A stretch of 38,773 bases of DNA. Source: Cladosporium halotolerans. Taxonomy: Eukaryota. Numbering within the stretch: position 1 is the first letter of the stretch; the number at the start of each line of letters is the position of its first letter. Shown in pieces: positions 16,818-27,634 of the stretch. Under the pieces are notes generated by a model that was given only the letters and a program-made list of their open reading frames with translations, was not told the origin of the DNA and made no database searches. The stretch covers positions 186,001 through 224,773 of the forward strand of contig NW_027191488.1 in the NCBI RefSeq assembly GCF_011745625.1, read 5' to 3'. A program made the position numbers and the translations under genes.

Positions 16818-19261
16818 CTGAGACCAGAGGCGTGGCGAAGCACTATGCCGCCTGTCCAGATACTGCGCGGGTCGATGTCGTGTGTTCCTGGCAGGATGCT
16901 CCGACTCCACAAAAACAGAGGTCCGTCGACAGCGTCAAAACGACAACCCTGTAGGCAGGCAGTTCGTCTCCGAGTATCCCACGTTGCAAGGACAACGACC
17001 TTCCCAGTGCCGTCACGTCACGCGCAGAGGCGGCTGAGGGCCGAAACAGGATCGCGGGTTCCCGAGGCGTCGGTTGGAATGCTCGTGTCGGGCGTTTCGG
17101 CGGCGGCGTGTCAGCGACCCCTTTACGGCGGAATTCGCAGGGGGAGCGGGCGTCGAGGGAGCGGCGGCGATGGGCGCAGGCGTCGTAGGTCGAGAGGGCA
17201 GTCGGGGTGGTTGTGGGTGTGGCGGGCGGGTTGAGCGAGCGTGAGGGTGGAAATGCAATGTAAGGACCGTGTGGGTGGTGAGGTGACGGGCGTGTGGGCT
17301 GGGTGTGGTGCGAGGGTGCGTGCGGGCGTGGTCGAGTGCGCGAGGGCGTCCTGAGGTGCTCGAGGGCCTGAGGGTGCGAGAGACGGGAGGCAGCGGGCGT
17401 GCCAGGGCGTGCGTGCGCCGGGCTTGGGAGCCCTTGCCCGTTCCTGCACTAGCGCCGTGCTAGCAGGGGCCGGCGGGCGCCAGCTCAACAGGCGTGTTTC
17501 AAATGCCATGCCGTGCCTGAGGGTGTAGGGAGTGTGCCTGATTATTAAGGTATTGTCAGGCAGAGCAATTCCGCCCACGCGCAGGCGACGCCTCTGCCCG
17601 CTCCCTACGCACGCGTGGCTGCACCTCGTCATGCACGCCGCCCACGCCAAAACGCCTCGCTACCGCGACTGTAATTACGCCTGTCGCGTCCCAAGGCTGC
17701 CCCAGCGATCTCCCTGCTACTCTACCACCGACAAGCCTTGTCTGCCCGCCCAGCCCGCCGGTGAAGGGCATCATCAGCGCAGCCACGGCAACGCTCGTTC
17801 CCTCCCATCCCATCCCACCCTTCCGCCCTCGCCGCCCAGGCACGGCAAATGCCTCGTCCCCAACGCCGAGCGCACTGCTGGACGCGCTCAGGCCGGCGCG
17901 CGGTGTGCTGCCCTTCCAACCCTGTCCATCCTCGCGCCGGCCGGTCGCCTGTCAGGAGGGAGTAGTCTGCGCTATGTCTGCCCAAAATATCTGCCTTCAT
18001 CTATCTCTCCCCGTGGAGGAAGTCGGAAGCGCGCACGACATTCGTGCTGCCTGAGTGGCGTGCAGCAATAGCAGTGTCGCCCAGCAACTCGTCTTCCCCG
18101 TGTTGAGGCTAAGTGTTGATGTAACGAGCTCTCACAAGCGAGATGCCCGCGCGCAGGCACCCAGCCCTGTCCACGCGTCTCCTCACGTTCTCGCCCGCCT
18201 GAGCAAAACCCAATCGACCGTGTGGGAAGCCTCCCTCCCAAAGCGGCTGCATCCATTTCTGCCGCCGCGCCAGAAATTTCTCCTCATCGCTCTTCCGGGC
18301 ATCTGCTTTCGGTAGTGCGCGCTGTAGGTCTCCTCACCCGCGACTGTCCGTAAAAGCAAGCACAGCCCAAACAGCCATCCGTCTTCCGGGAGATTACTAC
18401 CAATGGCTGGGCCGCCAGCATCCGGCGCGCCCCATGCCGCTGCGTGTCTCACGCGCGTATCTTCGCTGGCAGAGTCTGGACAAAATGGGCACGAATGCGT
18501 TCTCGAACGTCAAATCACTGCTCGGCTCGCGCCTGTCCAGCTCCACACGCCTTTATGATGATTGACGCTGCCCGTGCCGTGTCTTTTGTTTTTGCAAAGC
18601 CACAAACGGCTCGAACGGCACGCCACGATTTCGGCTCCCCGGTGGCTCACTAGTGTGGCCTCAGGAATCAGGACGCATTTTTCACCACTTCACCATTCCC
18701 ATCCTGCGGCCTCAGCTCCGGCTGCACGGCTATAACCAATTTACGTGAGTGAAGCCGCCGAGCCTATATCAGTACAGTCCTATAGCTACCGCCGCTCTCG
18801 CTAGATCGGAACTGCCAGCGCGCCCATGTGCGCGGTCTCGACAGGTCTTACGTTAATCCTGATCTGGTCGAGGCCTTGCTCTCGCCAAACTGTCACCGTT
18901 TCACAATCGCGAACGTGCTTCTGCTGCAGGTCATAGTAATTCGACAACTGGTCTCGTGAGGCTGTGGGACTGCTCTATCTTGCTCCATCGGCTTCCACAT
19001 GAGGGAAGCCGTCAATCTGGTAGCCGTTTCATTATTCATCGTCTAGAGGACAGCAGCATTGGACGCCTGGCTCTTGCGAAATATATTTCCCAGGGGCCTT
19101 ATCTGTCATGCATCTCCCTGTTGGGAGAGTGAATGCTGTGGACGGCTTGACCACCAAGCGTCTATTTGCAATGATGAAGCCGCAAGGCCAGCGACGCCTG
19201 TCGTCTTTCGCGAATGCCTACGATCGGTGTCGCGACTCGTAATCCAGGCTACACAGCTCCC

Positions 19262-21262
19262 TCAATCCTCCCCTTCATCCCTGGGCAAGTTTACGCCCAT
19301 GGCTCTCATCATATTCCCTGCAGGACCAGACATGCCCGCCTGGCCCTTGAAGGCTTCCAACATATTCTGCGCCAACCCCAGATCCACGTCGTTGTAATCT
19401 TCGTCGTCGGATGACAGCTCGCCGTCGCCGGGCCCGATCTCCTCGTCCGCTTCCTCTTCGAACTGCTTTGTGGTGGCGACCATACCAGGCGGTCTCTCGG
19501 GTCCGAAAAACGTGGGCTTCTTGCCAGCTGCTTTACTGTAAGGTTTATCAGGCTCACCACTTGCTTTCGACTTCTTCTGCTTTTCATTGTTGAGGTTCAG
19601 CGCGCCGTGCCCTTTCAGCTCTTTCTCCATGAGCTCCATGACTTTGCGCGTCTCTTCGTCTTCGTCCATGTCGTCCCGCCCGTCGCCTTCTTTCTCATCT
19701 TCGAGCGCGAGCCTCCGGGCTTCTTCTAGCAGACCAGATTTCTCTATGTCGGCCGCCGGCATTCCCATCATCTCCTTCATCGCGCGTTCAAACTCCGCTT
19801 CATCAAACGACCCGTCCTTGTCCTCGCCGGAAGAGCTGACAGACGAATCGTCGTCCTCGTCCTCGTCATCAACATCATCATCCTCCCCGACACCCTCCAA
19901 CCCAGCCTCATCATCCCCCTCCGCAAACTCCTCAAACCGCCTAACCATTCTCCTCAGATTCTCCTGCGCCCCGACATCCCCAAACCCCCCTGCCTTCCCA
20001 CCCCTCTTCCCACCCTTCCCCTTCTTCCCAGCCAACTCCTCTTCAAAATCCCCATAATCCACATCCAACCACTCCTCCCCATCCTCCCTCATCCCCCACC
20101 CCTCCACCTCCCCGTCCCCCGGCAAACCCTCCTCCCCGCTCTCCACGTCCCCAACCAACACCCCCACCTCCCTCACCACCCGCCTGTCCCCAAACGCCCC
20201 CTCGTCCGCAAGCATCATCTCAAACCCGCACGCCAGCTTCATCCCCATGCTCCACTTCTCGTTCTCCATCCCCTTCCCTCCCAGCCCAGCCCAAGCAGGC
20301 GGCGCAGCAAACACCTGCCCCCGCAGCTGCGCGAACCCCACTCGCGGCACTTTCACGCTCGTCCGCACGAAGTCTTCCGGCGGGAAGCGCAGCGCCCTCG
20401 CATCTCTGGCCATCAGCGGCCGCAGCGACACGGGATCCCGCAGGTAGAACGCTTCGATGGCCGGCGCGATCGCCGCGGGGAGGCGTTGCAGGACCAGGGC
20501 CAGTTTGCGCGGCAGCGGCAGGATTGTGTGGTGGAATGTGGAGGCGATGGAGGCGGGGTAGGCGCGCGTGCGCGCGAAGGCTTCGTCTTCGATGTAGGGG
20601 GATATTGTCAGGGTGGAGGGGGCGGTGAGGATTGTGGTTAGGGCGGTGGGGAGGGTGAGGTTTGTTGCTTGGTGGGGTTTGGTGTTGGGGGAGGTGGCAG
20701 AGGGGGGGATGATTCGCAGGTGCCCGTTGTTGAGCCAGACGCGGTTGTCGGCTACGTCGGGGTTGAGCCATTTTGGTAGGGCGGACGCCGCTTCGATGAG
20801 CAGGAATTCGCCGTCGGAGTCGTGCACGCGCATCCAGGCGGTGGGGAAGTGCGTGCTGAGGGTGAGGAGGAAGTGGACGATGAGCCATTCGTCGGCTATC
20901 GAGTCGCCGAAGTTGGTGCGGCCGAGGAGGTGGAGGGGTGTGTTGGTGTTGTTGTCTGGGAGAGCTTTTTGGTCGGAGGAGTTGGATGTGGTGGTGGTGG
21001 CGGCATTTTGTTTTGTGATGTCCGGGTTGATCTTGAGGGCGAATTCGTCTCGTTGCCAGATGTAGTCTTTGAAGAGTTTCTTGCCGGCCTCGTTTGCGAA
21101 TTTTAGTATTTCGTTCAGTTTCGCGAGAAGTTGAGCGGTTGTTTTGATCTCTTCATCGACGACGTAGATGGCATATTCAACGCAGTCTTCTGGTAGTCTT
21201 TTCGGGAAGCCTTCGAAGCCTTCGCCAAACCATTTAAATCCATCGTCTTGGGAAGGTTCCAT
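19262..21262 (-). CDS. Ecdysoneless/hSGT1 (ECD) family protein, 666 aa, single exon
   Basis: 'YIWQRDEF', 'GRTNFGDSIADEWLIV', 'DSDGEFLLIEAA..LPKWLNP..ADNRVW', 'APAIEAFYLRDP', 'GMKLACGFEM', and C-terminal 'DLGLAQNMLEAFKGQAGMSGPAGNMM..MGVNLP'. This is not the Hsp90 co-chaperone Sgt1. Confidence 0.88.
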   Translation of the reverse strand: MEPSQDDGFKWFGEGFEGFPKRLPEDCVEYAIYVVDEEIKTTAQLLAKLNEILKFANEAGKKLFKDYIWQRDEFALKINPDITKQNAATTTTSNSSDQKALPDNNTNTPLHLLGRTNFGDSIADEWLIVHFLLTLSTHFPTAWMRVHDSDGEFLLIEAASALPKWLNPDVADNRVWLNNGHLRIIPPSATSPNTKPHQATNLTLPTALTTILTAPSTLTISPYIEDEAFARTRAYPASIASTFHHTILPLPRKLALVLQRLPAAIAPAIEAFYLRDPVSLRPLMARDARALRFPPEDFVRTSVKVPRVGFAQLRGQVFAAPPAWAGLGGKGMENEKWSMGMKLACGFEMMLADEGAFGDRRVVREVGVLVGDVESGEEGLPGDGEVEGWGMREDGEEWLDVDYGDFEEELAGKKGKGGKRGGKAGGFGDVGAQENLRRMVRRFEEFAEGDDEAGLEGVGEDDDVDDEDEDDDSSVSSSGEDKDGSFDEAEFERAMKEMMGMPAADIEKSGLLEEARRLALEDEKEGDGRDDMDEDEETRKVMELMEKELKGHGALNLNNEKQKKSKASGEPDKPYSKAAGKKPTFFGPERPPGMVATTKQFEEEADEEIGPGDGELSSDDEDYNDVDLGLAQNMLEAFKGQAGMSGPAGNMMRAMGVNLPRDEGED

Positions 21263-21657
21263 TTCAGAGGTAGGTGCGCCGTGTTAGGCCTGCAAAACCA
21301 CCTTGGTATTTTCTGCAATAATCAAGAAGACGTATCCATGGACTTTCGCACCACGGTTCATCCCTCAGATTGCACTGATCCAGGAACAATATTTCTCTTC
21401 ATCGTGGCAAGTCGCCTGCAGTTCGCAAGCACGGAGGTCTTTCCGCTGTAGCTGCAGGCGGCGGGCTCAGCCGGCGCTAAAACGCCTTTGTTTACTATTC
21501 CGAGGCGGCTACCAAAACACGAAGCTTGAGACGAACAACGAGGACTGAACGCCCAAACGACTCTGCGCATTCCTACACTTGCGCATGCCATGCGCCCAAG
21601 ACTAACACTACATTGAAAATCGCCCAAGCTCGGTCCCAAAAAAAGAACACCGCAAAA

Positions 21658-24600
21658 ATGGCCGGCAACTACATCGACACCCCCGGCACCGAGCGCGTCG
21701 ACGCAACCTCTTTCTCCCACGCCGGCGAGCTCGACTTCTCAATCGCGCAGCCCTTCGCCTCGCCCTCCAAGAACCCCGCCGAAGACCTCCGCAACCAGAT
21801 GCGCGGCCTGCGCAGCGGCAGGCCAACCCACCAGTCCATGCAGACGCCCCGCATGCGCAACCCGCTGCTCGACAAGCGGAACCCGGCCGGCGTGGCCAGG
21901 CAGGAGTTCACGCCGCTGCTGAAGAGCGCGCGCAGGAACCAGCTGCTGCGCCAGAGCATTCTGGAGGAGAAGGAGAATTCGCCCCAACGGGGCAATGGCG
22001 TGCCGGACACGCCGGCGGGATTTCGGTCTAGCTACGCGAGCGAGGCGCCTGCGCTGCCGGTCGATAGTTCCATGCTGGATGGCGAGCACACGGGGAGCTC
22101 GGCGACGCAAGGGGGCGCGACGCCCATGGCTCCGGCCGCGACGTCGAGCATGCTCAGCTCGACGCCCATGACGGAGGTGCCGAGGCGGGAGAACGGGATT
22201 CTGGACCAGGGGAATGTCATGACGCTGCGCGACCAGGAGGCGAAGCTGGATCAGATCCAAAAGGACAATTTCGGCTTGAAGCTCAAGATTCACTACCTGG
22301 AGCAGGCGCTTGCGAAGACGGGCTCGGAGTTCCACCAGGCTACGCTGAAGGAGAACGCGGAGCTGAAGACGGAGGGCACGACGATTCGCGCGGATCTGAA
22401 GAGGCAGCAGAAGCGCGTGCAGCTTGCTGAGCGCGAGCTGGAGGAGTATAAGCTGAAGCTCACGGAGTATAAGGAGTCGATCAAGAAGCGTCACGCGAAT
22501 GAGCGGGACGATGAGGAGGTTGAGCGCCTGGAGAGATTGGCGGAAGAGAGCCGCTTGGCAGCCGAACAGCGGGCACAAGAGGTGGAAGAGATGAGGCAGC
22601 GGCTCGAAGACGTGGAGCAGGGGAATCAGGAGGAGAATGGGGAAGGCATCGAGGCTTTGAGGGAGGATATTCAGGATCTCGAACGGGAAATCCGCGACCG
22701 CGACGGGCAGCTTGACGCGAAAGATGAGGAGCTTGAGGCGCTGCAGGAAAAGCTGAGGCAAGCAGGTGGCTCTGATGAGCAAGTAAGGCAATTGCAGCAA
22801 GAGATCGACGACCTTGATGCCGAGATGAAAGAGAAGGACGACGAGCTTGAGGCGAAGAAGTCACGAATTGCAGAGCTCGAAGAACGCGCCAACACTGTCT
22901 ACGATCGCGAGAAGTCTACGAAGAAGCTGCGCTCTGATGTTTCGTCGCTTGAAGCGCAGCTCCGAGAGAAGACTCAGGCTCTGGACGATGCCGAGGAGCA
23001 AGTTCGCTCCATGCAGCAGAAGAGCCGATCGGCAGAGGCGCAACTGAGCGAAAAAGAGCGCGCTCTCGAGCTCAGTGACGAACAGATCAGTGGCTTCCAG
23101 CGACGAGCGCAGACCGCAGAGTCAAAGCTCCACGAGAAGGCGTCCGCCCTGGAATCCAGCTACGAGCAGATCCAGGAGCTTCAGCGTCAACTCCAGAAGA
23201 TGAGCGCGAACGGAGACGAGCTGCGTGAGCGCGATGAGGAGGTCCGCGACTTGCAGCGCAAACTCCAAGCTGCCCAGGCATCCACTGCCAGTGACCTGCG
23301 TCAGCGCGACGAAGACATTCGCAACGCACAGCGCGAGGCGGCGGACAAGGACGGCGAGATCCAGGCGCTGCAAGAACGCCTGAAGACTGCACGGGGCAGC
23401 TGGGACGCCGAGTCGCAGCAGATCGACTCTCGCATGCAGGAGAAAGACCGCGTGATCCGTGACAAAGAGGCTCGTCTCCGCGAGAAGATCTCCGTGATCG
23501 AGCAGCGAGACGATGAGCTGGATGATCTGCAGAAACGTCTGCGCGCGGCTGAGTCCAGACAGGACGACGCGGGCAAGAAGCAGACGCGGCAGATCCAGGA
23601 GCAGAGCGAGCAGATTCGAGAGTTGGAGGAGAAGATCCGTGTCAGCTCTGCGTCTTCTCAGGCTAAGCTCAACGAGAAAGACGGCCTCATCAGATCTCGA
23701 GAGGAAGAACTCCGTGTGCTGCAGAACCGTCTCAACAGCTTGCAATCTGGCGACAGTGCTGAGCTCCGCACGAAGAACGACAAGATCTTCGAGCTGGAGG
23801 CCGACTTGCGGAAGAAGGAGAGCAGTATTGCCGACCAGTCCAAGCAGATCACTTCGCTCAAGGCTCGTATCAGTGCTGTTGAGACTCCTTCCAAGAAGGA
23901 TGGGATGATCCGCCAGCAGACCGAGCACATCCACTCGCTGGAGCAGCAGCTGCAGAAGCTGGCACAGGAAAAGGACGCCGAGCTCGACTTGCTGGAACAG
24001 CAGCTCGACACCACGGAACGCGACAATGCCAGCCTACGCCAGCGCGCCGAAAAAGTCCGCGCTCTCGAGCGTGATCTCGAAGACGCCGAGACCCAGAACG
24101 CGGAATTGCAGCGCAAGATCGAAAGGCTCAACGAGCGTCTCAGCACGTCCGAACGCGACCAGAGCTTCATCGGACACCAGGGCGATGATCTCAAGGCTAG
24201 CAGGCAGCAGATTGAAGAACTCGAGGACGAGATCGATCAGCTGCAAGTCAAGCTGCAGCGCTCTGTCGACCAAAGGCAGGCCGATGTTTCGGATCTCGAG
24301 CGTGAGCTTCAGAACTCGAAGACGACGAACAACCGCCAGGCTGAGGAGGCGCAGCGTGTTCTGGCAACTCTCAGGTCTAACCTCGAAGGCGAGCACCTGG
24401 AGGCGAAGCAGGCGTTGGAGGATGAGATTCTGGTGCTCGAGACTACCCTCGACGATGCTGAGGCAGCGAAGGAAGAGCTCGAGGCACGCGTGCGTGAGCT
24501 TGAGCAAGAGCTCTCCAAGGCTTCCTTCGCAAGAGAGAACGGCACGCCTGTCCGCGAGCGCAATGAGCTGCGCCTCAAGCTCAAGACTGCTGAGAACGAG

Positions 24601-26042
24601 CGCCTGACGATGAGATCAACCATCGCTGACCTCGAAGCTGACCTGGAGGCTGCCCTCCGAGCCAAGTCGAACGGCTCGCCAGTTCAGGAACGCAATGAAC
24701 TTCGCAACAAAGTCCGCTTTATGGAATCCGAGCACCAAAAGCTCAAATCTACGATCTCAGACCTCAAGGCAGACCTCGAAGACGCACAACGCTCATCCCG
24801 CTCCGAGACTCCCCTCCGCGAGCGCAACGAGCTCAAGAACAAACTCAGAGACTCCGAATCCAAAATCTCCCGCCTGCAGGACAAAGTCGACTCCCTGCAA
24901 TCCGACCTCATCACCGCTCAGCAAGACCGCACCATCGCCGAAGAGCGCGGCAACTACCACGGCGTGCTCACAAAGGCCCAAATCGACCACGAGGACCTGC
25001 AAACCCGCCTCGCCGACAAAGACCGCAAGCTCTCCGCCGCCTGCCGCCGCGAGGGCGAGCTCCGCGGCCAGCTCGACGCCGCCCGCCTCGAGCTCGACGA
25101 CGCTCGCGCCCAGGTCGCCGAGCAGGAGAGCAGATTGCGCGACCTCGCGGGCCGCGAGAGGGACTTCCGCGCCCAGCTGAAGGGTTTCAAGGACGCGCGC
25201 ATCCGCCTCGAGGACGCGGAGGCGCAGCTCGGCGAGCGCGCGGGCTCGTCGTCCGACCACATGCGGCGCGAGGCGGAGCTGAGGAAGTCTTTGCGCGAGG
25301 CGAGGATCGCTCTCGATGCTGCGCAGGCGGACGCGAGCGAGAAGGACGACGCGCTGCAGTTGCTGGCGCGCAAGGAGAAGGATCTCCGCGCCCGCCTGAT
25401 GAAGTCTCGCGCGGAGGACACGGTCCAGCTGGATTTCCAGACGCAGCTGGCGGATGCGGAGGCGGAGCTCGAGGCGTTGCAGCACAGGCTGAGGGAGCGC
25501 GAGAGGGCGCTGCAGCATGCGCAGAGGAGGGAGGGGGAGCTCAAGGCGCGCGTGAGGGGGTTGCAGAGTGGGGTGGAGGGGGACGATGGTGGCGAGGCGA
25601 GGGAGAAGAGGCATGAGGGCGAGCTGCGCGGGCTTGCGAAGCAGATCTCGTTCTTGCGCGCGCGGTGCGAGCGTGAGGAGGGGTTTCGGAAGGGGTTGGT
25701 TTGGACGAAGAGGTGGTTCCTCATGCAGGTTGAGATGTACAATCAATGGTGAGAAGCGACCCTATCCTGCTGACTGACTTGGAGATCGATTTACTGACGA
25801 GATGATTTCACAGCAACGCCGCCGACCTCCGTCTTCTGGAGGAGATCGGCATCACGCCCGACGCGACGGTGCGCGAGAGGAGGCCTACGCTGCGGTCGGT
25901 GGGTTTCGCGGTGATCGCTTCGATTCGCATGCGGAAGATGCAGGAGGCTTGGGCGGGCAACAAGAGGGTGCAGGAGGCGCTTGTAAGGAAGTTTGAGGGG
26001 ATGAAGAGGGCGAGGGGTGGGAGGAGTATTAGTGGGAAGTAG
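21658..26042 (+). CDS. PCP1: Pericentrin-like spindle pole body protein Pcp1/PcpA/Spc110 (SPM + CM1 + coiled coil + PACT), ~1439 aa; exons 21658-25748 and 25814-26042
   Basis: 'QEFTPLLKS' SPM-like motif; CM1 'MTLRDQEAKLDQIQKDNFGLKLKIHYLE'; long heptad coiled coil; PACT region 'REEGFRKGLVWTKRWF...YNQC|NAADLRLLEEIG...RPTLRSVGFAVIASIRMRKMQEAW' restored by a 65-nt GTGAGA...ACTGAC...CAG intron. Confidence 0.88.
24541..24936 (+). repeat. Three 132-nt (44-aa) tandem repeats within the PCP1 coiled coil
   Basis: Units start at 24541, 24673 and 24805: GTPVRERNELRLKL / GSPVQERNELRNKV / ETPLRERNELKNKL. Confidence 0.8.
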
Positions 26043-26796
26043 GGATGTGATGGAAAGCTTTTAACGAATGAATGATCGATTGATTGGTCGATGGGTAGCG
26101 GTGGTGTTGCTGGAGTTTGGGTTGAGGCGTTCTTTGAGGGTTTCTTGGGGACAAGTCTTTTCGTATTGATACAGGTCCTGCGCTCCATGATCAAGTCGGC
26201 GGACGACTGTTCTTAACACTTGTACAGTGCTATGCGACGTGTGCTCCCCACGTTATTTTAATCATTGCAGGTTGTGTCTTTCTTGCCGAGTCGAGAAAGT
26301 AGATCTACATATTGATTGCTGGCATTGAAGCCTCAGGGTCTCTATTACATATTTGGAAGGGTCCGTTGGTCGGCTGAATTATCGCACACCATCTACCACA
26401 AGATGGACATGGTTGACACGGAAATTGCTCTGTCCACAACGCCCATCCAAGACATCCGCAGCTTCCGACCCGCGGAGACAACGATGCTCGGTTGTTTGCT
26501 GGATGCGATGATCTGTTCTTTTCGTTCGTCAAAGCCGCATATCGCAATCATCAGCAAGCCCGAATATCGACCAACGAATGGCCGTGAGGGCGACAAGGGC
26601 TGGCCGACTAGCAGGCGTGGATTTGATGAGTATTGCCCCTATCTCGGGAGATTTTGGTTGACAGGCGGTTCGCTCTCGACTAGCGGCTTCCAGAAATACA
26701 GCGGCAGAGCGGGCGGCGCCCGTTTCTGCAGGACCCCTGTCGATTTTGGACCCTTGGCCGGGCGAGTCGCGTGCGGGTTTGGGCTGCGCGGGCTGC

Positions 26797-26965
26797 CAGG
26801 CGAGGCAGGACGGACGGGGGAACTCACAGGCGAGACAGGCGAGGCAGGCATAATGCATCAGGCACGGACAGGCAGAGACAAACAGAGACTACCAAAGACA
26901 GGCGTCAGGCACAGCATCAGGCACGCACGGGCAGAGACAGAGACAGGCATTCAGGCAGTCAGGCA
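26797..26965 (+). promoter_or_regulatory. Cluster of 12 CAGGC motifs (5 TCAGGCA) upstream of VTS1
   Basis: Counted directly. TCAGGCA at 26858, 26905, 26917, 26951 and 26959, all in the same orientation. The regulatory role is inferred. Confidence 0.5.
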
Positions 26966-27394
26966 CTCCCGTCCGCCTGCAGCCTGCAGCCCAGCAAGCG
27001 CCGCTGAGCTGCTGCATGTAGAGGCTGGTCCAGCTATTCGTCTTCGCGTGCCGTCCCTTTGTCTGCCCTGCCCTGCCCTGCTTTGTGCCAGACACATCTC
27101 CCATAATAACACCTACCTAATACACAGACACACGCAAACAACCTCCTCCATCTCCACCGCAAGTCATTCCGCCCTACATACAACCACCAACACCCACAGA
27201 CAGCGTTCCTTGCGGCGCGCTCGGTAACTGGAAGTCTGTCCCTTTCTGGGGAAGCGCGGCTGTTTCACACACAACGCCAGCGCCGGTGAACCCACTCTCT
27301 CGCCCGCGCCCGCCTGCTGTGTGCGCGACCTGCAGCCAGCATTCTCTTCTGTTACCACCTGCACTTCTCACCTCTACCTCACCTGGAGCTCGCC

Positions 27395-27420
<26 letters not shown>
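27395..27420 (+). repeat. (CT)13 microsatellite in the VTS1 leader region
   Basis: Direct read. Confidence 0.95.
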
Positions 27421-27425
<5 letters not shown>

Positions 27426-27634
27426 CCTCCTACCTTACCTTCGCCATCCGCGTCGAATACCTTTGAGGTCAGCAGGCACTGCAGGTCCCTTCGACAGCAT
27501 CCCTCTCCTTCCAACCCGCCCTCCGTCGCCAGCTCGCCCGCCGGCCACTCACCCACCACAACAGCTTCCGCTAGATGCAAGCTTGCCTATCGCTACTCCC
27601 GCCAACCGCGTAATTGCACTCCCTCCCAGCCGCC

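Noticed and set aside
16600..19200. Many 60-180-aa ORFs between WSC1 and ECD
   Set aside because: GC-rich, stop-poor DNA with R/P/A-rich translations in several overlapping frames and no family motifs.
21526..21657. Upstream extension of the PCP1 ORF
   Set aside because: TTG start. ATG 21658 has a good AAAA-ATG-G context.
26797..26965. CRISPR-like or minisatellite reading of the CAGGC array
   Set aside because: The repeats are only 5-7 nt with short irregular spacers, the context is eukaryotic, and there are no cas genes.
26316..27227. 303-aa ORF upstream of VTS1
   Set aside because: Non-ATG start, no recognisable domain, and it runs through the CAGGC array and low-complexity leader.
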